Source: Lama guanicoe (taxonomy: Eukaryota). Taken from it: a stretch of DNA of 64,000 nt. Positions 22,335 to 34,739 of this stretch are shown here, piece after piece. The position numbers and the translations under genes are program-made. Position 1 is the first letter of the stretch. The number at the start of each line of letters is the position of its first letter. The notes under the pieces were generated by a model. The model made no database searches. It was not told the DNA's origin and saw only the letters and a list, made by a program, of their open reading frames with translations. Where the stretch lies: NCBI GenBank assembly GCA_013239625.1, contig MU053881.1:806001-870000 (forward strand), given 5' to 3'.

Positions 22335-23470
22335 ACTGCCGCGGCTGTGACTTGGCCATTTGGGAAGGTCTCCGTGCGCGGGAGGGCGCGCAGGGCTGGG
22401 CCCGTCCCAGGACACGGCCAAGAGGCGGGAGCCAATCACTGCTGACATTTTGCAGTGTTTTCTTCCGATTGTGTTTCTGCACATTCGTCTGCACGGTTGA
22501 CGGCGTGTCTGGACCTCAGCTCAGAGTCGCAGGCTGCACCCGCCGCGTCCCGGCCTGCTGATGCTGACACGCGCGCTTGGCGGCTCCGCCCCGGCTCCCA
22601 GGCGGGCCATCCCTCTCGGTGTTTCTACGGCCTTCAGGGGTCCTGCCTGAGTAACCCCAGTCACCTCTGCGTTGTCACCCGTGGGTTCTGGCTAAGGTGT
22701 GTGTGTCCCCAGGTGGGCGGCAGCCCTTACCCTCCCGCCTGTGTCCCTCCTGGCCCCCGTGGGGTGTGGGAGTGTCTCCCACCCTGCCAGGGGGCCGTGG
22801 CTTCCCAGTGTCCTGTTCCTGCTCCCCCGACCTCTGCTCGCTCTGCCTTCCTGGGTCAGGGCTCCTGCCCCCACCTGCTGCTTCACTGATCCTGTTTTTC
22901 AGGCTCTGTGGGCCCCACGGTGTCCACTTCCTCAGCTCCCGCGGCAGGGCCAGCTCCCAGGACCTCCCCACGCATCCCTCTCCTGTGAGAGAGCTGCCAA
23001 ACGCCTGCCCGGTGCACGTCCAGCTCTCTGGGGCAGTGGGTCGCTGGAGCTACAGGGCTACATAAGACCCCTGTGAGCCAGGGTGGGAAGGGCTGTCCTT
23101 GAGCGGAGCAGCTGTGAGGGGGGCTCCCCCCTCCCGGGGGGTCCACGGGACTCCGGGCGGGGCTGCCCAGGCGGGGTCAGGGGCAGCCGCCCGCCGCTTC
23201 TGCTCACCAGCACGCGCGCGTGTTCCCTCTGCTCTCCCGCCTCCTTCGGCCTCCTTCTCTACCATGAGGCGGGCACGTTTAAATGTGATCGTGAGTCCAG
23301 CTGAAGCTCCTTCCCGTGATTCGGCTGGACCCTCGGAAAATCTAGAGATACGGCCGGACCCTGAGCCCCAGGAAAGGTATTCCAGACTCTTTATGAAAGC
23401 GCCGAGTTTGTCTGCCGGAGCCCGCTGAGAACTAGGGGCTGTCCAGCCCCACAGATGGGCGTACCTACCC
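22335..23470. promoter_or_regulatory. CpG-island-like region with adjacent GC box and CCAAT box
   Basis: Visibly CpG- and GC-rich relative to flanks. GGCGGG at 22424-22429 followed by CCAAT at 22432-22436; octamer-like ATGCAAAAT at 22312-22320. No linked gene identified. Confidence 0.45.
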
Positions 23471-23513
23471 CTCAGCTTCAGCCGGACACCATGCCCAGCT
23501 CCCTACGTGCACA

Positions 23514-24298
23514 TTTTTTTTATTGAAGTATAGTCGGTTTACAGTGTTGTTAATTTCTGGTGCACAGCATAGTACTTCATTGATACTATATATATTCCTT
23601 TTCATGTTCTTTTTCATTATAGGCTAATACTGAATATAGTTCCCTGTGTTATATTGCAGGACCTTGCTGTTTATCTATCTTATATACACTAGTTAGAAGA
23701 TGCAAATCCCAAACTCCCAGTTTATCCCTCCACCCCTCCCTCTCCCCGCTGGTAATCACAAGTTTGTTTTCTATGTCTGTGAGTCTGTTTCTGTTTTGTA
23801 AGCAAGTTCATTTGTGTCATTTCTTTAGATTCCACATGTGATATATGGTATTTTTCTTTCTCTGTCTGACTTACTTCACTTAGTGTGACAATCTCCAGGT
23901 CCATCCATGTTGCTGCAAATGGCATCATTTTATTCTTTTTTTATTGCTGAATAGTACTCCATTGTATAAATATACCACATCTTCTTTATCCAGTCATCTG
24001 TTGATGGACATTTAGGTTGTTTCTATGTCTTGGCTATTGTAAATAGTGCTGCTATGAAGATTGAGGTGCATGTCTCTTTTTGAATTAGAGATTCCTCCAG
24101 ATGTATGCCCAGGATAGGGATTGCTAGATCATACAGTAAGTCTATTTTTAGTTTTTTGAGGAATCTCCATGCTGTTTTTCATATTGGCTGCACCAAACCA
24201 CATTCCCACCAGCAGTGTAGGAGGGTTCTCTTTCCTCCACAGGCTTTCCAGCATTTATTGTTTGTGGACTTTTTAATGATGGCCATTCTGACTAGTGG
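23514..24298 (-). mobile_element. Young L1 3' end (ORF2 C-terminus plus 3' UTR)
   Basis: Minus ORF 23722..23928 (MPFAATWMDLEIVTLSEVSQTEKEKYH) is the L1 ORF2p end; T-tract at 23514. Confidence 0.9.
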
Positions 24299-24309
24299 GA
24301 AGTACATTC

Positions 24310-25050
24310 TTAAATTGAGGTATATTTCAGCCAAATGCACGGATCTTAAATGTATAGTTCAATGATTTGCAAATACTTATATATCTGTGTAGCCAACATC
24401 CCATTCAAGATGTAAAACATTTTCATCACCCTAGAAAATGCCCACCTGTCCCTTTCCAGTCTACCTGCCTCCCTCCACCCCCACCTCCACTCCCCAAGCA
24501 ATCACAATTCTGATTTCTATTCCAAAAGATAATGTTTTCCCTACTTTGGAACTTCATATTAATGTAAAGTATATACCCTTGAATATGGCTTCTTTAGCTT
24601 AAAACACTGTTTTTAAAGTTCCTCCTTACTTTTGCTTGTACCAGTAAACCATTCCTTTTAAAAATTGTCGAGCAATATTCCATTGTATGAATACTCCACC
24701 ATTTGTTTATCCATTTTTTTTGTTGATGAGCATTTGAATTGTTTTCAGTTTTTTTTCTATTATGAATAAAGTTGCAATCAACATTTTTGTACAAGGATTT
24801 GTGAGGACACATCTTTTCATTTCTCTTTGGTCAATCCCTAGGGGTGGAATTGTTGGGTCACAAGGTAAGAGAAGGTTTAACAGCATAAGAAACTGTCAGT
24901 TTCCCACATTGCTTGTATCAATTTATACTCCCACTAACAATGTATAATTTCCATTTGCTCCACATTCTAGCAATTACGTGGATTTGTCAGTCTTTTTAAT
25001 GTGAACATCTTCATGTATGTGTAGCAATATTTTGTCATTTTAATTTGCAC
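24310..25050 (-). mobile_element. Old L1M 3' region
   Basis: Minus ORF 24594..24812 (KWINKWWSIHTMEYCSTI) is a degenerate ORF2p end. Confidence 0.8.
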
Positions 25051-25774
25051 ATATGTTTGATTTTATACATATTTATTCTACTTATATGAATTAATGCATT
25101 TAAGCTCTTATTAGCCTTCCTATTCTAGGAAGGATTTTAGGCAGTTAATTTGCTTTCTATATTTTTTCTATATTGCCTTGTATTTTCAAAGTATTTAAAA
25201 AATGATTGTGTATTTTTAAATGCTTGCTTAACATTCCAGAGTGTGAGTGAATCATATATTTTCTTTTGGCTGTTTTAGGCAATAAAGATGGAGGTTAGGA
25301 CCCCTGGAGACAGTGGTCTGGCTTTGAAGGGAAGGTGACTCAAGCTCACTGGGCCTCTGCAGAGAGCCTGTTGTGAGCATTGAATAAGAAAATGCAATGT
25401 GAAAAGCTTGATGGAGTAATATGCAGTAAATACTTCTTTCTGTTATAAACCACATTACCATTGTGCATGAAGCTTTTTCCCCTCTATTTTAAGATTACTC
25501 CTTTAGGACCAACATTCAGAAGTGAAATTACTGGGTCAGTAGATGTGAACATTTTTAAGAATCTTGGTAGCTATGCCCAAATTGCTCTCTAAAAGTACCC
25601 ATTTACTCTCCCACTGGCAGCATCTGAGAGTGTCCTTGTCACCACACTGTTCCTGGAAAGTGATGGCTTATCATAGTGGAATGTTCTATCTACAGTGAGA
25701 GAAGCCATGTTAATAGGCAGTGACTCAGAAATGATGCCTCACATCTGCTGCAGTGACACCTGACACCTGCCCAG

Positions 25775-26155
25775 TATTAGTTAGCTATTGCCACAGCTGT
25801 GCTATGTAACAAACCATCCCCGGATGTCAATGATGTACAGTAATATGCATTTATTTCCTGCTCATGAGTTTGCAGGTTGGCTGGTGTGGCTCTGCTTCAC
25901 ACTGCCTGGGACTCTGATCCTTCTCCTGGGACTACAGGGACAGTCATTTCTGGGCGATGGCAGGGACCTGAGAGAGGGCACACCTGATCACTCAAGCACA
26001 TTTCAAAATTTTGCTTGTGTTGTGTCTACTAATATCTCATTGGCTGAACTCAAAGTCAAGGGGCGGGAAAGTGCCTCTCACCTACACTGAAGTTGTAGCA
26101 AGGGTATGGGTGCAGGAAGAGATGAAGAACTGGGGCCAACAATTCAGTCTACCAC
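25775..26155 (-). mobile_element. MLT1-type MaLR LTR
   Basis: 'gtattagttagctattgcc...tgctatgtaacaaaccatccc' and terminal 'gaagaactggggccaacaattcagtctacca'. Confidence 0.7.
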
Positions 26156-26185
26156 TCCCCGCTTCAAAGAAGTTTCTTTACTGCA

Positions 26186-26909
26186 TTTTTTTTTTCCTGC
26201 AAAAAGCTTTATTGTTTCTATCTGGTCCAAGGCTTGGGAGAGGGCTCCAGGGAGATTAAAAAGCTGCCTGGTGACTGCACAGAGAAGCTTCAGGCAGAAG
26301 CTCTGATACCAGTGGGGCTCTGCAAAGGCTGCAGGGTTGCTGGGGCTCCTAGTCGTGCATGAGGGTGAGCTTATCAAAGAGATGCTTGCCCAGTCCAGCC
26401 TGGGGACCAGCCAGCCTGCGAAGGTGAGTCAGACAGTCAGCCATCTTCCTGATGAGTTTCACCTCCTCATCCAGGAAGCGGCTCTCCAGGAAGTCACAGT
26501 GCTGTGGGTTTGCGCGGGCAGAACCCAGGGCAGGCAGATCCAAAAGGCCTTGGGGCCCACGCCCTCTAGAGCCACATCGTGGTGGTGGAAACTGAAACCC
26601 AGAGACAGGTTGATGTAGGAGGCCCACAGACGCACATTGACCAGGTGGTTAATGGCAGCCTCCACCTTGGTGGGATAATTCTGACGAATCTGGGGGCTCG
26701 TGGTTTATCTATAATAAGGAGTTAAGTTCAAAAAAAGGTGTTGGCTGGTCCCCAAGGCCGAGGATAGCAGAGTGGCTGGTTCTGAAGGCTGTGACTAGAA
26801 AACAGGTGGGAGAGTGGTTGGCGGCTGGAGCAAGGGGTGTCCCTGGGTCCGTTCTGTCCAAACACTGTTGAAGCAAGAGACAGACCCATGGGACTGCCAA
26901 GTGCACTGC
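26186..26909 (-). pseudogene. FTL: Ferritin light chain processed pseudogene (cap to poly(A), internally deleted)
   Basis: Peptides [36 protein letters not shown] and [65 protein letters not shown] match FTL. Intronless; start codon reads ACG. AATAAA at 26208-26213, T-tract 26186-26195, TSD tctttactgcat at 26175-26186 and 26910-26921. Confidence 0.97.
26848..26884 (-). promoter_or_regulatory. Iron-responsive element (IRE) in the FTL retrocopy 5' UTR
   Basis: Minus strand TCTCTTGCTTCAACAGTGTTTGGACAGAAC has the canonical CAGUGU loop (26862-26867), UUCAA/UUGGA upper stem and UGC/C bulge of ferritin IREs. Confidence 0.9.
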
Positions 26910-27689
26910 TCTTTACTGCATCTAAAAGGATAAAGGAGGGATTTCTGTTTAGCTTAATATGCTGGTATATTACTAATACATGTAGTATATACTGGTAATT
27001 CTTGTTCTTCATACTTCAGCAACTCAACACTTTTTAAGACACCCTGTCAGGATACAGCTTTTTCTGTTCTTTCCTCACCACATGAGATCTCTCTCCATCC
27101 TAGACAGCTCTCCACTTAGCCTGATCTGATTTACTGAAAAAGATACATGACAATTTAAATGAATCTCTTCCATGTGCTCGCCACTTTACCCCTGCTCTTG
27201 AGTGAGTCCACAGGCACAAAATTCATCAACATTTTTATTAGCTTGAAAAAGCAAAATTGGTTTAATTAGTCCAATTATTTAGTGAATCAGTGCAGTTTAT
27301 TTAAAATCCAAAATTGAGTTATTTTTAGACGTATGGCAGTTCTAACTGGATACTTGGTAAAAGAGAGGGATGCTGAGGGTAGGGGAGTATATATGTGTGG
27401 GTGGGGAGGGCTATGTTCCAGCTCTCTGTATTTTCTGCACAATTCTGTTGTGAACCTGAAACTGCTCTAAAAGAATAAAGTCTATTAAAAAAGGCGATCC
27501 GTTCTCGTAATGGGACAACAGCACAGGCACTTGGAGCATGAGTTCACTTACCCTCCCAGCCATTCCCATTAACCCTGCAACCAGTTCCCTAGCTCAGTGA
27601 GCTCATTTCAGATTTTAATTCCAGACTGAAATTTAACTTTTTTTTTAACTGAATGCATCAACTTTAAGTCTGTTTTTTAATTCTGTTTT

Positions 27690-27823
27690 GTTTTGGGAGG
27701 GGTGATAATTAGGATTATTTATTTATTTATGTAAATTTATTAAATGGAGGTACTGGGGGTTGAACCCGGGACCTCATGCATGCTAAGCCTGCAATCTACT
27801 ACTGAGTTAGTTATACCCTCCCC
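27690..27823 (-). mobile_element. tRNA-Ala-derived SINE (Vic-1-like)
   Basis: tRNA-like head and AT tail as in the other copies. Confidence 0.85.
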
Positions 27824-28899
27824 GACTCCATTCTCTTCCTGGAGATCAAAATTAAAGTTATTCTAATGTCTTTGTGTTCTCTATTGCTTTCTTTTGGTTG
27901 TAGTTTTATTTATGTTTGATACCTTTTTATCATGGTGTTGATTTTTCTCAAATGTTTGGAGATTCTTGACCACCATTATAGATTGTTTTTCCTTTCCTTT
28001 CCCTTTTTTTTTTTTTGCTTCTTCTAATTACACAAGTCTTTTCTGTCATTTTGGGGATTTTGATTAAGAGGGAGGTCAAACGGGGGTGCTTAGTCCTCCA
28101 TCTGGCTCTGATCTGCATTTTTAGCAAAACAACTAAGTTTGAAAGTTTGAAACTAACGACATTAGGGCTGAGAGATTTCTTAATGTAAATATATTTCAGC
28201 ACAGTTAATGAAAACTTGGAGTGCTTACAAAGTTGGATATATTACATGTGTGACAAATTATATATAAACCGGATTTCATTTCCTGTTTTTTTTTTTTAAT
28301 CAGCAAAGGAAAAATGGCAAGAAAACCAAATCTCCTATATTTTAGCTATGCATTTTAAGGGATAATGCATATTTAAACATTTTCAACATTTGCTGTTAAA
28401 AGGAACGAAACTTTACAATAAAATCCCCTCCCAAAGCATACAGCTCTAGCCAGCAACGAGCCCCTCATTCGGATCCAGGCCAGGTTTTGCCTCAGAGGGC
28501 CCGTTGGCCTCAGGCTGCTGCTGTTAGCAACCACAGAGCCATTTCTCTCAAACCTGTATCTCATCGCTATGGTGACGCTCGTTAGAGAAAGTGAACAGTC
28601 CCGATCCTGTGCCCTGGCACCTTATTTGGCATTCTGTCTGTGGCTGTCAGTTTCCACAAAACAACAGCCACCTAGTCAATAAATACTTGTTGAATGCCTA
28701 CTGTGTGCTTGGTCCTAGAGACACAAAGCTCAATAGGACAAAATGTCTTCCCCCAGGGGAAGAAAAGGCAAAACCCATAGATTCCACAGACCGTTTGGCA
28801 AGTGGAGCCCAACCTGACGTGCTTCTGTGGTTACTAAATTTTCTAATGTTTTGTTTGTGTAGGTAGGTGTAATCTTTTAAAAATTATGTTTAGTTTTCA

Positions 28900-29420
28900 A
28901 GGGGGAGATCTTTCACAGGGTTCACAAGTCAAAATGACATGAAGAGTTAATCTCCATCTGCTCTTCCTTCCTCTCTCACCCCCTCTAGGTAACCATTTTT
29001 ATTAGATTCTTGTTTCTTCTTCTACTGCTTTCCTAGGCATTATTTACAGATATGTATTTTATTTGTGTATTTGTTTGTTTGTTTGTATATTTATTTATAG
29101 TGAAGTATAGTCCGTTGCAATGTGTCAATTTCTGGCGTGCAGCACAATGTCCTGAATGTGTATTTTAATTTCCCTTTCCTAACGAGGGTGACATGCAGAT
29201 CCGGGTGATCTTTCCATATCCGTCCACAGAGGTCTCCCTCACTGTCTTTTGCAGTAGTCCCCCTGGTGGGTGTATCACAGTACATTAACCAGCCCCTACT
29301 GATGGCCACTTAGGGTGTTTTCAGTCTTTTGCCATTACGAAGAACGCCCCCAGTGAATAATCTTGTGCCTGTCACTTGTATGCGTGCGGGGTCTTCGCAG
29401 AATTGATGTCCAGATGCGGG
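28900..29420 (-). mobile_element. Old L1M 3' remnant containing a short young L1 tail (~29090-29160)
   Basis: 'ggtaaccatttttattag' and 'aaccagcccctactgatggccacttaggg...ttttgccattac'. Confidence 0.6.
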
Positions 29421-32400
29421 GTTGGTGCATCAACGGCTACTTGGGTCTATACTTCTGGCAGTTTTTTCCAGCTGTCCCTTGACATTTTCCCCCGTCCCAG
29501 CTATGGGTGAGACCACTTCTTTCTCCTGCTGAGAATGTTTTAAATCTGTTCTTGTTTTCTGGTACCAAATAACACTTGCATCTTTTCCTCATTGCGTTGT
29601 CTTTGTTCTCTGGTATCGTCCAAATTTCTTTTAGCACAAGTGCAGCCTCTCACAAGCAGACAATGCGATACATTTGCTTTGTGGAGCGCCAGATAAGGAA
29701 TCACTGAAGGGAACCCAGCATATTTAAGGGATGGTGTGGAGCGCAGGGTGGCTGGGGTTCAGGGCAAGCTGTCGAGCAGTAGCCGGGGGGCTGGGGGAAG
29801 AGCAGGGTCACACTGTGGAGCCCTTGGGCTGAACCTTACACCAAGAGCTTTGGATTTTTCCTGCCAGCAATGGGCAGCCACTGAAGGTTTCACAGCAGAC
29901 AGAAGAGACAGTTAGAGCCGTGTCAAGGCAGATTTTAGTTCCAGTGGTCTCGGCATGGGGAAGAGACTAAGAACTGCAAGTTTTAATTCTTACACGTACC
30001 TGCTGTGGCATGCAGGGGTAAGAAATGTGTAACATTGCTATTTAGCAGTTGTCTGTTACATGAAGAGGTTGCGGGGGAGAATTCCTTAGCCAGGAGGGGT
30101 AATTTCTCTATTATTCTTTCAGACTGGTGGGGGCGAGGGGCCACTTTCCCACGTGACCCCTCAAGGTTTTTTCTCATCACTGTCATTCAACACACAGTAA
30201 TCAAAACACTGAGTCCCTTTAAGCTTACAGAGCAGCTGGTGCCTTTGAACCAAGGTTTCTTATCCTCTAATCTTGTGATATTATTTCCCATCCTCGAGGG
30301 AGAGCCGGTCCTTAGGGGTCATCCCTCCCTCCAGCCAGTGTCAGACCAGAGAAAAGCAGGCCAGCTTCCCAAGGTCTCACTCGGCTGTTTTCTCTCTACC
30401 GAGTGGCTTTGCCAAACACTGCCGCCTTCTCAGCGAGGGTGTGAGGAGCCGGGATGCTGTGCGCGGTTTCCATGGCAGTGGCCCGCGGGGAGCAGCGGGG
30501 AGCAGCGGCCAGGTGGCTCACCTGCCTTGCTGTTGGCAGCCGCCCGCTTTGCTCGTCTTGGGTCCTGGAACTTCAGAAGTTCTTCTGTTACTCCCTTTAT
30601 AAGTCTGATCTCTGTGTGAGAGAACCTTAAAGTTCTGAGCTTATAAAAAGTGCGACTTTACCTCTAAGCGATTGAATGGCAGGAATTCAGAATGCGAGGG
30701 TGGAAAAGTGCTGGGAGATGGCGCGGCTCTCGGAAGCGAGGCTAGAACTCAGAGGTGAGGCCGACTCCGAGCGCTAAGCTTCCTGCAGAGGGTGGCAGGA
30801 ACACATTCCACAGTGGAAAGCGGGTCGCCCCCAGAGGGCTCTGGGATTCTCCCCACAGATGTCATTGGCCCACGGCTGTCAGACTGCCGGGTCTGGCCAT
30901 CAGTTTCATCTGAGCTCTCCATTTAATTAACTCTGGAAGACTGTATATGACTTGCTGCAGCCCAGAAATGCCAGTTTAATCACTGTCTATAATTTTCCGG
31001 TGAGGATGCATTATTGGAGGATTATTTGTAATTCAGAGTCATGGAAGGGAGATGAAGAAGCTCAAACGGAGAAGGATGTTAAAGTCAGGCCCAAGCGCAC
31101 CTGTGCTTTGTTAGCAAGTGCTTCTGGTTTCCATGTCAGCCGGCTGCAATTGCTGTGCGCAGCCCTGTGGTGTCGGGACCGGCCAGCTCTGCAGACGCGG
31201 GACCCTGTGGGCTCTGCCCAGCGAGGACACCAGGCTCGGGGTTCTGCCCTCGAGGTGAGGTCCGGTGGACCAGGACTTTGTCTGATGAGTTAGCACTTAG
31301 AAGAGTTCCATGACAGGGATGGAGACAAAGGCTTGGGGTGAGGGACAAGGACTCTGGCTTGGGAAGTGAACATGCTGGGAGCGGTTCCGTCCAAAACAGT
31401 TCTGGTGGCACAGATGGCAGGGGCCACCAGGACACAGAGTAGAACAAACCTCTTCTCAACTGCTTACGACCCTGGAGAAGTGGCCCTGAAGCCACATGCT
31501 CTCCTTGGACGTACTGAAAAGTCATCAGACAGAACAGAACATATGTTAGTATCAAGTGCCACCAGGAAAGTTAAAACTAAAACTCAATTTAAGTCCGTCT
31601 GTGAGTCAAAGCAAATTTATTTCATTTTCTTCAGGGGCAGAATATTCTTTGTCCCAGTCTTCTGCTAAGTTATGAGCAGAGACAATGAAATCCCCTCCAG
31701 GAACCCCTTCAGCTAATTAAACGCATTTCTCTGGCCCCCTGTCATGACCAGGAAAAGGAAAATGAGGGAGGTGGGTCCATTTGATGGCTCCTTGGGTGAA
31801 TATTTTTTGAGTACTTACTGTGTTTCTTGGCTCTGAAGTAGGAGGTGAGTGAAGCCAGCCCAAGTCCTTGCCTCCAGGGGCCGAGTCTTCTGGGGATTTG
31901 GGGGAGCAACCAGCCAGGCTGCAGCCGGGGGGCTGACGATCCTGGACGGGTGGGGCAGTTCGGGCGGTGGGAAAGCTGAAGAAAAGGTGCAGAGGAGAGA
32001 GAGGGAGGCCCATTCTGGGCACCGAACTAAGGGGGGCAGCAGCTGGAGTAAGAGGTGTCGTGAGAGAAGGGCAGAGCCCACTGACTTGGGGTGTGGACTC
32101 CATGCTGCCCATGGGAGAAGCCTTTAAACAAGGGAGGTGGGCTTCTCAGAGGCCCGCGGGGCTGGAGGGTGGATGGGGAAAGTGAGGCTGTCATGCGGAC
32201 AGGGAGTCCAGGGAGAGGCCTACTGCTGGAGCCAGAGGGAGAAGAGGTGGGGCGGGGGTGTAGGGCTGGGCACAGATCCGAGAGGCCGCCCAGCCCACGG
32301 GGACCAGCTGGCCAGGTGCAGGAGGAGCGAGGGAGGAATCAGGTCACAGCCCAGGGCTTCCGGCTCGGGCAGCAGCAAGACAGTGCATGCAGTCCATCGG

Positions 32401-32475
32401 GCTAGGACCTTGGGAGGGCTCCTGGGTGGGCACGATGGGCCTAATGAGTTTGAGTTTAATTAATGGTGTAAAGTA

Positions 32476-32680
32476 GTGTACCAGCTGGGGCTCTGCCAGA
32501 GAAACAGAATCAGCAAGATATTAAAGAGAGAGGAGAGGCTGATTTTGTGCAAGGGACGTGCTTGCAGGGCTGCCGAGGCAAGTCTGAAATCCGCACGGCC
32601 GTCCGCGAGGAAGCACAGGCTGGAGCTTCGGGGGAGCCGACCCTGCGGCGCACAGGTGGAATCTTTGTGTTTGGCTTTAT
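32476..32680 (-). mobile_element. MLT2-like (ERV-L) LTR fragment
   Basis: 'ctgccagagaaacagaatcagcaagata...ggcaagtctgaaatccgca...caggctggagc'. Confidence 0.65.
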
Positions 32681-33494
32681 TCCTCTGATAACGATGTAAG
32701 CTTAAAAAGCTAAAGCTCTAAACTGTTCTTAGGAACAGTGATCAGTACACATATGTAAACTAAAAAAAAGGTGCAGTGTACTGTCTGCGTGTACTTACAT
32801 GCAGTATAATGTGTGTGTGCAGTCGGACTGTCATAATTCTACCTAATAAAACTGAAAAAGGAAAACAGACAAAAAAAAGACTGAGCTGCTTGGTGACAAA
32901 GCTCCCTGGAGCAGCGGGAGGAGTGCAGGCAGGAGCCTGGCACCAGCTTAGTTCCAGATCTTCCCACCTCTGGTCCTGAAAACCATACAGGACACCGAGG
33001 ATCCTACACCGCCCCCACCCTCTGTAACAAAATAAAACTGCAACTTCAGGGGATCCAGGAGACAGAGGAAGGCTCCAAGCCTCAAATGTCATTTGACTGG
33101 GGCCAAAGACTCTCACAGTGGAGCGCCAGGCCTGGCAGAGCCGGAGGGGTGTGGGGAAGGGTCTCATGAGCACGTCCTGGAAAGAGAGGCCCTCACCCCG
33201 AGGAGGAGCTGCTGTGAGAAGACTGAAAATCAGCTGGAGGAGGGCGAGGGGAGACGGGGATGCGGACGCGTCTGGAGGCGGCCCAGAAGTAGCCAACCTA
33301 GGAACAACTGCTTTGGGAAGAGTGGATCCCTGCAAGGCAGGCTCAGTGTCCCTTGGAGACAGCAGCTGCTGGTGGAGGGGCTGGAGGGGCCCAGGGCTGG
33401 GGAACGAATCTCTCCTTAGGTTAAATTTGCTCCCCGTTTTCCAGTGTCTTATGGCGGACTGTTAGGTTATTGATTTGACATCTTTCTTTGTTTT

Positions 33495-33648
33495 TATTTT
33501 TTGGGGGTCAGGTAATTAGGTTTCTTTATGTATTTTTAAATTAATTAATTTTACTTTTTGTTTTATTTTTTAGTGGAAGTACTGGGGATTGAACCCAGGA
33601 CCGTGTGCATGCTAAGCACACACTCTACGTCTGAACTACAGCTCCTCT
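33495..33648 (-). mobile_element. tRNA-Ala-derived SINE (Vic-1-like)
   Basis: 'gtactggggattgaacccaggaccgtgtgcatgctaagcacacactctac'. Confidence 0.85.
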
Positions 33649-34739
33649 TCTTTCTTAACATAGGTGGTTACAGCTCTATATTTCCCTCTAAACCCTTTTT
33701 TAGCTGCATGCCGTAAGTGTTGGTATGTTGTGCCTTCATTTTCATTCACCTCAAAGGATTTTCTGATTTCCCTTTTGATTCCTTCTTTGACCCATTGGTC
33801 ATCCAGGAGGGTTGCTTGATTCTCATGGATTTGTGAGTTTGGAAGGAGCCTTTCCAGACTGGTGGCCAGGTTCTGCAGTTTTCATATAAAAGATACAAGG
33901 TGAACGAAACTGTCCTCTGCGGTCACAGAGGAGGCAACGCTGGAGCTATGTCCGCCAGCACCAGCAGCACCCGGGACTCCCCTGCTAATAGCTAGTCCTA
34001 GAAAATAGGACTTGCCGAAGTACCAGTAATATAATAGGTACAACAGCACATTCAGAGAACATCATAAAAAATCATGAAAAGATAGAATTATTCTGCAGAT
34101 GAGGAAAACACATCAGAGAAATGTTGCTAAAGGTGGGGGGATGGTACCCTAACCTTCCAACATCTAATAATAACAACAACAACAACAATAATAATAATGC
34201 AATGCAGCAGTTGTGCTTTGAAGAAAGACCACAAGGCAGAAATTTAAGACCTTAGGAAAGAAACTGCCGAACAAGAGGAAGAGATGGGCAGACAGTGAGT
34301 GGACATTAGGACCAGGTAGACGTTAGGAAAGAAATAGAAGAAAATATAAAATCAGAAATGAACACTAAATTAAAAGGGGCTCAAGACAGAATAGAGCAGA
34401 AAGCCCAATAAGACAAATTGAGGTTATCAACGAAGAAACAACTTCAAATAGAAGTAAAAGGATGAGACAGATCAGAGGTATCAGGAAAAACTGTAAAAGA
34501 TTTTGCAGTAGGCCAAAAGGATGATTGGGTGTCTTCAACGGGAAACTATGTTTTGGAGTGGAATGGGCAACTGAGCACCACCTTCGAGATGGTCCCCTCC
34601 TGGGTCTGTGCCTTTCCTTGTCTGTGTGCTATTGTGTAATTCTGTAACCTGCAGATAGCCGACAGCAGTGCAAATGGTTTCGATCTGTAGGTCTGCAGAT
34701 TAATTCTGTATGATGGAAGGAACAACTGACCCTTCATTT

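Noticed and set aside
13893..26909. Functional iron/folate module formed by neighbouring SHMT1 and FTL copies
   Set aside because: Both are independently inserted, disabled retrocopies of well-expressed genes; nothing in the sequence links them beyond proximity.
30005..30619. 204-aa ORF (also 32760..33335, 40623..41228, 53006..53623, 53441..54031, 54292..54855)
   Set aside because: No recognisable domain or homology, overlapping ORFs on both strands and no supported splice structure; expected by chance in GC-rich DNA.
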